From positions 1 to 52,207 of the forward strand of contig JAITOC010000057.1 in the NCBI GenBank assembly GCA_031290175.1: DNA of 52,207 nt, given 5' to 3'. This DNA comes from Coriobacteriales bacterium. Its GTDB lineage: Bacteria; Actinomycetota; Coriobacteriia; Coriobacteriales; UBA8131. The notes beneath the pieces were generated by a model. It had not been told where the DNA came from. It made no database searches and worked only from the letters and a program-made list of their open reading frames with translations. Numbering within the stretch: position 1 is the stretch's first letter; each line of letters opens with the position of its first letter. This document shows, in pieces, positions 37,240 through 47,100 of the stretch. The translations under genes were made by a program, and so were the position numbers.

Positions 37240-37311
37240 GGCGAGTGTTGTATAAAATGAGGTTATAGGGATTTATGGAGGGGTTTTCCCCTGGGACTAG
37301 AGGAGAGGACA

Positions 37312-37797
37312 ATGAAGAAACGCTATCTTACGAAGTTGATTGCCCTTCTGACGGTGTTCGTGCTGGCTTTTGGCATGAGCGGCTGTTTGTTGATGGGCGG
37401 CGGCAACAGTGATCCAAAAGATGAACCATCCACTGCGAGCACGACCGGTGACACCGGTGACACTGGTGACGCTAAAGCTCCGGTGGCTCCGTCGACTCCG
37501 GTAACAGCATCAGCCATGAGTGGCACCTACAAGCTCTCGAAGTTCACGCTGACAGATGGTGAGAGTGTCTCTGGGAGCGACCTAGAGGAGCTTCTCCCTG
37601 CCGATGAGACCTATATCGAGTTCGGCAGTGGCGATAAAGTGACCTTCGTTCTCATGGGAGAAGAAATTGAAACAACCTATGAAGTCGATGGCGATATCCT
37701 GATTGTTGAAGACGGCAGTGAAGACCTGTACTTCGACATCGATGGTGATACAATCAGCTACACCACCGAGGACGGGACGCTCTACTTCTCAAAGTAG
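37312..37797 (+). CDS. Lipoprotein with small beta-barrel (lipocalin-like) domain
   Basis: RBS GAGGAG, lipobox MSGC, T/G/D linker, SGTYKL...YIEFGSGDKVTFVLMG..IETTY.V.GD. Confidence 0.8.
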   Translation: MKKRYLTKLIALLTVFVLAFGMSGCLLMGGGNSDPKDEPSTASTTGDTGDTGDAKAPVAPSTPVTASAMSGTYKLSKFTLTDGESVSGSDLEELLPADETYIEFGSGDKVTFVLMGEEIETTYEVDGDILIVEDGSEDLYFDIDGDTISYTTEDGTLYFSK

Positions 37798-37875
37798 CGA
37801 GCGCGGTTCTTGGTGTGCATGCAATAAGGATTCAAAGTCAGTGTATATGAGTATTTGGGTGATAAGGAGAAAGTT

Positions 37876-38256
37876 ATGAAAAAGCGTCTTGTTCTGGTTG
37901 TGGTGGCTCTTATGGCTGTTGGTGCGATGGCATTTGCTTTTGTCGGCTGTGGTGGCGGTAGCGCTGAGGGCGACCTTTCGGGTACCTATGGCCTCTCAGG
38001 GTTTGTGGCACCGGATGGCACAGAGCTCACCGGTGACCTTCTCACCACGTCCCTCCCGGCCAGCGAGAACTACATCGAGTTTGGCAGCGGCGACAAGGTG
38101 ACTTTTGTTCTCATGGGACAACCGATTGAGACGACCTACACGGTCAGCGGCGATACCGTCAGTGTAAAGGACGGCACCAGCAGCCTTGAGTTCATCGTCG
38201 ACGGCGACTCCCTCAGCTATGACAGCGAGATGGGAAAGCTGATCTTCTCCAAGTAA
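37876..38256 (+). CDS. Lipoprotein, paralog of the preceding gene
   Basis: RBS TAAGGAG, lipobox FVGC. Shares YIEFGSGDKVTFVLMG and ends L.FSK like 37312..37797. Confidence 0.8.
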   Translation: MKKRLVLVVVALMAVGAMAFAFVGCGGGSAEGDLSGTYGLSGFVAPDGTELTGDLLTTSLPASENYIEFGSGDKVTFVLMGQPIETTYTVSGDTVSVKDGTSSLEFIVDGDSLSYDSEMGKLIFSK

Positions 38257-38261
38257 ATCAG

Positions 38262-39323
38262 ATGTCCTTAGTTACAGACATAGAAGAGCAACAGTCAGCG
38301 GTGCTCGCCCGGATAGCGCTATCGGGCAGCACCGCTGAGCTTGAAGAGCTCCGTATTGCGGTCTTGGGAAAGAAGGGTTCGCTCACGGGGCTTTTGCGCG
38401 GCATGGGACAGGTGCCTCCCGAGGAGCGCGCGCTCGTTGGGCGATTGGTCAACGAGCTGCGTGATGTCGTGGAAGCCGCTCTGGGGCTTCGCCACGAAGA
38501 GTTGGCGTCTGCTGAGCTTGAAGCGCGCATCAGTGCCGAGGCGCTCGATGTCACATTGCCTGCTCGTGCGCGCCCCCTGGGCACCCAGCACCTCATCAGT
38601 CGCCTCACGGAGGAGATTGTCGAGGTTTTCCGGGGGATCGGCTACCGGGTAGTCTCGGGCACCGAGATTGAGACCGACTATTACAATTTTACGGCACTGA
38701 ATTCTCCGCCTGACCATCCTTCACGTGGCCTGCAGGACACCTTCTATGTGGTGGATCGCTCAGGCGCTGTGGCTGCGATAACCGGAGAGAGCGATGTCGT
38801 GCTGCGATCGCAGACAAGTGGTGTGCAAGTTCACACGATGGAGGACAGCGAACTGCCCATCTACATACTTGCCCCAGGTCGCGTCTATCGTCGTGATGTT
38901 GCCGACCCAACCCATCTACCACAGTTCACGCAGATAGAAGGTCTTGTCGTTGACCGTGGAATCACCTTTGGGGATCTCAAGGGCACGCTGGAATACTTCT
39001 GTCAGCAGGTTTTTGGCTCGGAGCGCAAAACGCGCTTTCGTCCGCACTTCTTCCCCTTTACGGAGCCTTCCGCAGAAGTGGATGTAAGCTGTGGCATCTG
39101 TGGAGGCGTGGGCTGTCGCTCCTGCGGGGGAACCGGCTGGCTTGAGATCCTCGGCTGTGGCATGGTGGATCCCAATGTGTACGGTTTCGTGGGCATAAAT
39201 CCGGAGCTTTATAGCGGCTTTGCCTTCGGGCTGGGAGTCGAGCGTATCGCCTGCCTGAAATACAACGTTCCCGATCTGCGCATGCTCCTTGAAGGGGATA
39301 TGCGCTTTCTCAGACAATTCTAG
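38262..39323 (+). CDS. pheS: Phenylalanine--tRNA ligase alpha subunit
   Basis: HPSRGLQDTFY, LRSQTSGVQ, PGRVYRRD, FPFTEPSAEVD, GFAFGLGVER. Confidence 0.98.
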   Translation: MSLVTDIEEQQSAVLARIALSGSTAELEELRIAVLGKKGSLTGLLRGMGQVPPEERALVGRLVNELRDVVEAALGLRHEELASAELEARISAEALDVTLPARARPLGTQHLISRLTEEIVEVFRGIGYRVVSGTEIETDYYNFTALNSPPDHPSRGLQDTFYVVDRSGAVAAITGESDVVLRSQTSGVQVHTMEDSELPIYILAPGRVYRRDVADPTHLPQFTQIEGLVVDRGITFGDLKGTLEYFCQQVFGSERKTRFRPHFFPFTEPSAEVDVSCGICGGVGCRSCGGTGWLEILGCGMVDPNVYGFVGINPELYSGFAFGLGVERIACLKYNVPDLRMLLEGDMRFLRQF

Positions 39324-39332
39324 GAAGTCTCC

Positions 39333-41795
39333 ATGAAGGTATCGGTCAAATGGCTTAAGACCCTGGTGGACGTACCCGCTGACCTGCGGGAGTTCAGCCA
39401 GCGCCTCGACCTGACCGGCACTGCCGTTGAGGGTGTGGAGGTCATCGGCGCCGCTCTTGAAGGTATTGTTGTTGGGCAGATACTGACGCGCGATCCCCAT
39501 CCTGATGCCGATACCCTCTGGATTACCACGGTGGATGTAGGGGAGCACAACCTCGACGCCGACGGCAAACCCACATCCCTGCAAATCGTCTGTGGTGCCC
39601 AAAACTTTGTTGCAGGCGATAAGGTGCCGGTTGCTCTGGTGGGCGCGATTCTGCCTGATGGCACCCCAATCAAGAAAGCAAAGCTGCGCGGTATCGAGTC
39701 GCGTGGCATGAACTGCTCGGCTCGTGAGCTCGGTCTTGGAGCAGACCACGCTGGGCTGCTTATACTCAATACGAATGCACCGGTCGGAGTTCCCATTGCG
39801 GAGCACCTCGACCTTTCTGATAGCATCATCGATCTGGAGATAACCCCCAACCGTCCCGACTGCATGAGTATGCTGGGCGTTGCCCGTGAGGTTGCCACCA
39901 TCTATGACACGAGCTACAGCATAGGGCGCACCGTGCCCGACCCTCCTGTTGGCGAGCCGGTGGACAGTCTTGTGCGTGTAACCATCGACGATGCGGCGCT
40001 CTGCCCACGGTATACCGCTCGTGTGATACGGGGTGTGAAGGTCGGTCCCTCACCTGATTGGCTCGTCGAGCGCGTGACGGCTGCGGGGGCACGCTCTATC
40101 AACAACGTCGTCGATGTGACGAACTACATCATGTTTGAGCTAGGGCAACCACTGCATGCCTTTGACCTGGCGACCTTAACCAAAGACGCTGAAGGGCGCG
40201 CACATATTGTCGTCAGGGCGTGTGCAGAAGCTGAGCGTTTCACGACCCTCGACAAGGTGGAGCGTACGCTCGATGCGGATGTCACCGCCATCGTTGACGG
40301 CAATGCCGCTGGTGGGGCGGGTACCACGATTGCCCTGGCCGGCGTCATGGGCGGTTTGGACAGTGAGGTTACCGAGCAGACCTGCGACATCCTTTTGGAG
40401 TCCGCAACCTTCTCAAGCGCCCACACAAGCCGCACGAGCCGCAAGCTGCATCTTTTTTCCGAGGCATCCGCCCGGTATGAGCGCGGCGTGGACGCAGCAA
40501 CCTGCGATGCCTTCTCGGCACGTGCAGCCGCCCTCATGGCGGAGGTCGCCGGTGGCGTGGTCTGCGAAGGCGTGGTCGATGGATACCCCGAGCTGATCAT
40601 ACTGCCTAAGTTGAACTTCCGCACAGAGCGCTTCCGGGATTTTGTCGGAGCAGCCATCCCCGAAGACGAGATACGAGCCATTCTCACCCGCCTGGGTTGC
40701 ACGGTCGATCTCCCACAGGTGACGCCGCCCTCTTTTCGCCCTGATCTCTCACGTGAGATAGACCTGTATGAAGAAGTGCTCCGCGTTTGGGGCATGGATC
40801 GTGTGGCGTCCACGCTTCCCGGTGGGCGCGAGCGCATCGGTGAGGCAACACGCGAACAGCAACGCTCAGCCCTCATCTCGCGGACGCTTCGCGGGTGTGG
40901 TTTGAATGAGACGATGACGTATTCCCTCGTTTCTCCGAGTGATTCCGTGCTTGTCGCTATGCCTTTTGAGGAGCATCAACAGGCCGTTGAGCTCATCAAC
41001 CCTATGAACAGCGAGCAGAGCGTCATGCGCCGGAGTATCTTGCCGGGCCTCTTGCGATCGGTCGCCTACAATCAGAGTCGTGGCGTGGAGAATATCCACC
41101 TCTTTGAGACCGGCGCGGTCTATTTTGCAGCCGAAGGGCGCAAGCTGCCCAAAGAGCGCCAGATGCTTGCCGGGGTTTTGGCGGGCAGCTGGAACGAAGC
41201 AGGCTGGAACACCGCTTCGACCCCCCTTGATTTCTTTGACGGTAAGGGCGTTGTGGAGAATCTGTTGCGCGAGCTCAACATCCCCAAGCAGCGCTTCAAA
41301 GCGCTGGATTCCAACGCGGCACCCTGGCTTCAACCGGGGCGCGCGGCTGAGGTGTTCTCGGGTTCAAAGCTGCTTGGCTGGCTCGGTGAAGTACATCCTC
41401 GCGTGTGTGCAGCCCTGGAAGCAGTTGCCCCAGTCGTAGCCTTTGAGCTTGACCTGAAGGCGCTGCTCGGATCTGCTGAGCAGGCGCGCCCCTATCGCGA
41501 TGTGCCCCTGTATCCCGCCGTCACCCTCGATGTTGCTCTGGTTGTGAACGAGCAGGTTTCAGCTGAACGCCTTGTGCAGGTCATTACCTCGGCGGGCGGC
41601 AGCCTGCTTGCTGCTGTTCAGGTTTTTGATGTCTACCGCGACGCGGAGCGCATCGGCGCAGACAGAAAATCTGTCGCGCTCACACTCTCCTATCGAGCTC
41701 CCGATCGCACACTGACCTCCGACGAGATCGAGAAACTTCATCAAAAGGTGCTCAACAAACTCGTTGGCGCCACCGGCGGAGAGCTTCGTTCCTAA
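39333..41795 (+). CDS. pheT: Phenylalanine--tRNA ligase beta subunit
   Basis: QIVCGAQN, TPNRPD, INNVVDVTNY, RPDLSREIDLYEEV, C-terminal FDX-ACB (FDVY, YRAPDRTLT). Confidence 0.98.
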   Translation: MKVSVKWLKTLVDVPADLREFSQRLDLTGTAVEGVEVIGAALEGIVVGQILTRDPHPDADTLWITTVDVGEHNLDADGKPTSLQIVCGAQNFVAGDKVPVALVGAILPDGTPIKKAKLRGIESRGMNCSARELGLGADHAGLLILNTNAPVGVPIAEHLDLSDSIIDLEITPNRPDCMSMLGVAREVATIYDTSYSIGRTVPDPPVGEPVDSLVRVTIDDAALCPRYTARVIRGVKVGPSPDWLVERVTAAGARSINNVVDVTNYIMFELGQPLHAFDLATLTKDAEGRAHIVVRACAEAERFTTLDKVERTLDADVTAIVDGNAAGGAGTTIALAGVMGGLDSEVTEQTCDILLESATFSSAHTSRTSRKLHLFSEASARYERGVDAATCDAFSARAAALMAEVAGGVVCEGVVDGYPELIILPKLNFRTERFRDFVGAAIPEDEIRAILTRLGCTVDLPQVTPPSFRPDLSREIDLYEEVLRVWGMDRVASTLPGGRERIGEATREQQRSALISRTLRGCGLNETMTYSLVSPSDSVLVAMPFEEHQQAVELINPMNSEQSVMRRSILPGLLRSVAYNQSRGVENIHLFETGAVYFAAEGRKLPKERQMLAGVLAGSWNEAGWNTASTPLDFFDGKGVVENLLRELNIPKQRFKALDSNAAPWLQPGRAAEVFSGSKLLGWLGEVHPRVCAALEAVAPVVAFELDLKALLGSAEQARPYRDVPLYPAVTLDVALVVNEQVSAERLVQVITSAGGSLLAAVQVFDVYRDAERIGADRKSVALTLSYRAPDRTLTSDEIEKLHQKVLNKLVGATGGELRS

Positions 41796-41821
41796 GTGTT
41801 TGACGGCTTGGGCGCAACTCC

Positions 41822-41856
41822 TTGACAAAATACTATTAAACATATAAGTTTACTAG
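41822..41856 (+). promoter_or_regulatory. TTGACA promoter overlapped by an imperfect inverted repeat (operator candidate)
   Basis: TTGACA at 41822; CTATTAAAC-atataa-GTTTACTAG at 41833-41856 with 1 mismatch. Confidence 0.5.
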
Positions 41857-42013
41857 CATTATGAAAAAGACCTTGATGCGAATGCCGAGAAAGACCATCT
41901 GCCTGGTAGCGTCTTATTGCCACCAGGGCTAGCACGCGCACGTTCTGTGCGTACAGGGTTCGTTCATGCCCAACACACCCTTCTTCACTCCCAAACCAAA
42001 AGGAGAGAGCATC

Positions 42014-42982
42014 ATGACAAAGAAATACCGTGGCAGCGAATGTGCCATCACACGCAGGGAGTTCATCAGGAACTTGGCACTTGGCTCGACCGTCATCAGC
42101 TTCACCGGTATCTCGGGGATATTCCTTACCGCTTGCAGTGCATCAGCCGTAACCTACAACCCCAAATACGCTTATGCCGAGCTCAGCACTGGCATCAAAA
42201 TCGCTTATGTAGAACTCGGCGATGAGGCAAAGCCACCCATCGTGTTCATCCATGGTGCGACCGACAGTTATATTTCCTGGTCGCAAGTCGCCCCACGCGT
42301 CGCCGATGCGGGGCACCGCGTCATTGTCTTGGAGCTTCGCGGCCACGGCAAGAGTGATAAGCCGGAGCAAGGACCCTATACCATCCAAACACATGCAGCC
42401 GATGTCAGTGCTCTTCTCACCCAGTTGGGTGTCTCAAATGCACATATCGTGGGGCACTCCTTGGGCACCTTTGTCGCGCAGAACCTCGCAGTGGAATATC
42501 CTGATACGGTCAAGTCGCTCACCTTGATTGGGAGTGCCGCGACCGTTGCTGGCAACCCCACCCTGGACTGGCTTCTTAACGGTGACGGTGAGTTTTTGGG
42601 GATAAATAATGAGTCCAGCCTCGACGAGGGATTCTTGCGGGATTGGACGGCCTCGACCAATTACGCCCCGGAGTTCATTGAGGCGACCTATGAACATGCG
42701 AAAGCCCTGCCCTTGTATGTATGGCGCAATGTCTTCAATGGCCTCAGCTCAAAGGCAACCGACCTCTCGAAGATCACAGTTCCCGCCCAGGTCATCTGGG
42801 GTAGCGAGGATGGGTTCTTCTCACGGGCTGACGAAGATGCCCTGTTGGCAGAACTCGGTAGCAACTCCAATGACATCGAGTTCCTCGTCAAAGACGGTGG
42901 GAGCCACAATACCCATTGGGAGGGGCATCTCGATGAAGAGGTTGCCCAGGACATCGTGGCTTTCGTCAAAGGCCATCAATAG
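42014..42982 (+). CDS. Tat-exported lipoprotein alpha/beta hydrolase
   Basis: ATG behind AAAGGAG. TRREFI twin-Arg, LTAC lipobox, FIHG, RGHGKS, GHSLG nucleophile elbow, WGSED, SHNTH. Confidence 0.88.
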   Translation: MTKKYRGSECAITRREFIRNLALGSTVISFTGISGIFLTACSASAVTYNPKYAYAELSTGIKIAYVELGDEAKPPIVFIHGATDSYISWSQVAPRVADAGHRVIVLELRGHGKSDKPEQGPYTIQTHAADVSALLTQLGVSNAHIVGHSLGTFVAQNLAVEYPDTVKSLTLIGSAATVAGNPTLDWLLNGDGEFLGINNESSLDEGFLRDWTASTNYAPEFIEATYEHAKALPLYVWRNVFNGLSSKATDLSKITVPAQVIWGSEDGFFSRADEDALLAELGSNSNDIEFLVKDGGSHNTHWEGHLDEEVAQDIVAFVKGHQ

Positions 42983-42999
42983 CATGCTGGTAGGCATAC

Positions 43000-43911
43000 A
43001 TGAATGCGCCTAGCGCTCCCGCGCCTCACTTCAACGCAGGCTTTCTGTACGCTACGGGAAGCTACCTGTTGTGGGGGCTATTCCCCTTTTACTGGAAGCT
43101 GCTCGTCACCGTCGCGCCGTTTGAGATACTTACGCATCGTATGCTTTGGTCGTTTGTGTTTGTGTCAGGGGTGTGTCTCCTGGTGCGCAGGGGAGAGTTG
43201 ATTCGCCTCTTCAAGGATCGGCGTGCCCTGCTCATCTTAGGTGCTGCTGGCTTCATCGTCGCTGTCAACTGGGGGCTCTATATCGTGGCAATCAATACCG
43301 GACACGTGCTTCAAGCAAGTTTGGGATACTACATCAACCCGCTTATCGCCATTCTGTTCGGGGTCGTTATATTCAAGGAGAGACTTACTCATATCCAAAA
43401 GACTGCCACGGTGCTGGCGGCGCTGGGGGTTTTGTATTTCTCGATAAGCTATGGGAGTTTTCCTTGGCTCTCGGTGGGGATGGCAGTCTCCTTCGCGTTG
43501 TATGGGGCGCTCAAGAAAAAGGGTGGCTACCCTGCGACACCGGCGCTTGCCGTCGAGTCCACGCTGGTGCTGCCCCTTGCGCTGGTGTTTGTGGTGGTAA
43601 CGTTCCTCCTGCCCAGCCATGCGTTCCTCGATGTTACCAACAGCGCAGGTTTGGGCTATTCCTGGGTTACGACCACCTTGCTCATGGGCGGCGGCATCGT
43701 GACCGCCGTGCCGTTGCTGCTGTTCTCCAAAGGTGCCAACAGCATCCCGCTCTCGTGGATGGGCTTCCTGCAATATATAACTCCCAGCATGACACTTCTG
43801 CTGGGCGTCTTCGTATACGGCGAGCCCTTCACTCCTGCACACGTAGTCTGTTTCTCCCTTATCTGGGCTGGACTTATCATGATAAGCATCGAGCTATTTC
43901 TGGGTCGCTAA
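43000..43911 (+). CDS. rarD: EamA family transporter RarD
   Basis: LWGLFPFYWK, EILTHR..WS, NWGLYI, ASLGYYINPL, GFLQYITPS. Confidence 0.93.
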   Translation: MNAPSAPAPHFNAGFLYATGSYLLWGLFPFYWKLLVTVAPFEILTHRMLWSFVFVSGVCLLVRRGELIRLFKDRRALLILGAAGFIVAVNWGLYIVAINTGHVLQASLGYYINPLIAILFGVVIFKERLTHIQKTATVLAALGVLYFSISYGSFPWLSVGMAVSFALYGALKKKGGYPATPALAVESTLVLPLALVFVVVTFLLPSHAFLDVTNSAGLGYSWVTTTLLMGGGIVTAVPLLLFSKGANSIPLSWMGFLQYITPSMTLLLGVFVYGEPFTPAHVVCFSLIWAGLIMISIELFLGR

Positions 43912-43969
43912 GAGTCAAGAATCTGACGCACAAGCGGCTATGAAAGGTGCCCTAAAGTTCAAAAAACTA

Positions 43970-43999
43970 TTTACAAACACTTCTCCACAGGAGTATCAT
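43970..43999 (+). promoter_or_regulatory. Candidate promoter for the 1690-aa ORF
   Basis: TTTACA-18 bp-TATCAT, about 170 bp upstream of the ATG. Confidence 0.5.
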
Positions 44000-44170
44000 G
44001 TGCGGCAGAGATGAAGAGCAGGGTCTGCGACAGCCGTCGTAGGCCTATGTCGGGTCAAAACGTAAATGCACTAGAAACAAACCAGTCTTCGACGAATGCT
44101 CTGCGTCACCGTGCTTTCAAGATAATCAAATAGGAAAGACTTTTTCCTCGCTTCAGAGGGGTAAGGTTTT

Positions 44171-47100
44171 ATGAAACTGCAATCTATTTCGGCGGCATTA
44201 GCTAAAGGCCTGGCCACGGCTCTCGTCGTGCTGGTTGTCACTGCGGGCATCCCCTTTGTGGGACTCGCGTTTGGCAACGAGACGGTGAGGGGGTCGGGCG
44301 TTGCGGGCACTGCGCCTGCGGACTCCGACGCACAGAGTGCGCCTGATTCCAGCGCCATCCGAACACTAGACCCCGTACTTGCAGCAGAGACGAGCAACGC
44401 GGGCGCCTTGAGCGCGAGCGGCGTCGTCAGTGAGGACGCCCTAATCCCGGTCGAGCAGGAAAACTCCGATCAAGCCAACGACACCACCAGCTCTGAGGGT
44501 GCGGATGGCGCGGAGGTCGATATCAGCGGATTCACCATTCTTAGCGCGGATCTCACCGACCAGATAAATCTTCAGACGGGCTTTTTCTACTTCGACATGG
44601 CACTTCAGGAGTTTGTCAGGGTTCCGCCGAGCTTCTTGTTCATGAACGACCAGGTTGCCAGCCGTTACCGGATAAAGGCTGATTGGGATCTCGCGGGCGG
44701 CGTCATTGTAGAAGAGGGCAGCAGCTTCAGGATACCCATCTCCTTCGAGGGATCGGATATGCGTTTTGGAAACGTCTTGCCTATCTCATTCAAAGGCATA
44801 GATCAGACATCCGGGCAGGAGTTCCAGCTGGGAACCATCACGCTCAAGCATACCGATGCGCTGGGCAATCTGCTTGATACACCCCTGACCGAACCTGGCA
44901 GCTACTTTGCGCTCATCGCCACGTTTGACAGCGGTGCCTTCAGCGCACTGAACAACATCAAAGGCGAGTTCTTTATCGACTGCGAGATATACCCCGAGGA
45001 GGGGACTGAGTACGACGAGTTCAAGTGGACCGTGGGCAATGAGACGGGTGAGGGCTCCACGCAGGAGCCCTACGTCCCCCCGATAGTGGGGGAGCCGGGC
45101 TGGAGCACCAAGGAGGACTTTAAAAAGCTCTCGCAGCTCGATGCAAACAATGCCATGGTTCTCAACAGCCTCTACATCAACGAACAGCGCGAGAGCTTTT
45201 CAACGTATGGGAGCTCGGTGAAGTTGGCCGATACGATTGGCCCCGGCCAGGTGCTTTCGCAGCACTATGTTTGGGTGGACGGATCTGGTTTTGACCAGTC
45301 CTACGCACCCCAAACCGTCGATTACGCGCGCGGTATCTTTGGCTCCACGGTAACTGCCTCGGAGGGTGCCCCGGCGTACTTCAAGATGCTGGCTATCGAC
45401 TGGGAGCACGCTTATCAGATCCTCTACGATGTGCAAAGAGGCAGGAACAAGAGCTCGCTCGCTGGATATCCCATCACCAATCCTGCCTCTATCCCCAATC
45501 TCTCCTACGAGCTGCAGCAGAAATACCTTATCGTCGTGCGTTCCGCCACATGGGCGATAATCACCCGGGCAGTTGGTGGTGACTCGATAAGCCAAGCCCA
45601 AGGAGCTTTGATATTCGGCACCGACTTCAGCTACCTGAATAGCAATCCCGCGTACGCAACCTATCGCGCTACCTACGGCGATTTTACCGACTTTGAGGAT
45701 GTGCTGGCCTACTTTCTTACGCCGGTGGATCCCGCAGCCCTAAACAGCATCGAAGTTGATGAGACCAGCTTCACCCTAGACTTCAAGGATAAGGCGCTCG
45801 ACAAACAGACGCTGTTCATCTCCTACTTGACCAAGGTATTCGATCCTTTGCAGTCGTTGCTGTCAAACTCGGCAAACATCGATTGGAAGGGCAGCCCACG
45901 TCCGGTTTATTCATCGACGACAAACACAACAGGCGGCGGCGTGGTGACGGGTGATACCAACACCATCATGCTGCACAAACTTGACCCCCAGGGCAATCCC
46001 TTGCCGGGCGCGCACTTCAATGTTAGCAGGTATGCCGCTGACGACATCGAGCTCACGACTCCGCTCTTCAGTGAGGACCTCATACTCGGCAATGACGGCG
46101 CATGGGCCTCTACCGACAGGTTGGGCACCTATACAAAAGAGGATCAGATCGTCATAACCGAGACCCATCCACCGCGCGGATTCCTCCCTATCCCGGAAGC
46201 AAAGATTGTTTTGCATATAGACCCGGAGCACAACTATGCCGTTGTATCCTGTACGCCAGTGCCGAGTGGAGGTGGAGCCGATGGCGTACCCTGGCTTCAT
46301 GTTAGCGTCACAAACAATGGATCGGTACATATCTACGTAATCGACCAGCTCGATCAACAGCTCTCTCTGTATGACGTAGCTCTGCGGAAGTGGATTGTCA
46401 GGGTAAATGATACAGCCGTCACTGACGACGCCGCAACACAGGGGCTGCCTTCTCCCGTTGTGCAGGTTGATTACAACGATTATGTCACCTTCAAGATACG
46501 AGTCTTCAACCAGTGCGAGGAGCCGCTCATAGCAGCTGAAATCACCGATTACTTCCCTCGCTGGTTGCTTTGGGATGAGGATCTTGCCTCTGTTGAGAAC
46601 GCCGGCTGGAGCTTGGTTCCAGGAGCGGGGGGTGCGCGCGACCTGCTCGTTTACGACTGGAGCGACTATCCTACGGGTGCTCCGGTACTCACTCCGAACA
46701 CCTCAACTGAGCCGGGTGTCTACAGTGAGGGTTCTTATGCAGACGTCTATCTGACGCTTCGTGTCTCACCCTCAGCACCGGCAGGAGACGTCTTCACCAA
46801 CCTTGCGGAGGTCAGCAGGCTGACCGATGAGGACGGTGCCGCTGTTGTCGATATTGATTCGATCCCTGACCAAGACCCTGAAAATGACGGAGCCGTATGG
46901 GATAACGTCATAGACGGCAACGCGAAGGATCCATCAGCATCAGGCGCGGATAAGGATGAGGACGATAGCGACCTCGCTGAAGTCATTATCCCCAAGGCTA
47001 TCAGCTGCGAGGTTGACAAGGACACCATCAACCGCACGAGCGCAGCCTATGTCAGCCTGCCCGGGCAAGAGGGTTTTGATAACGTAGGCAAGGAAGACGA

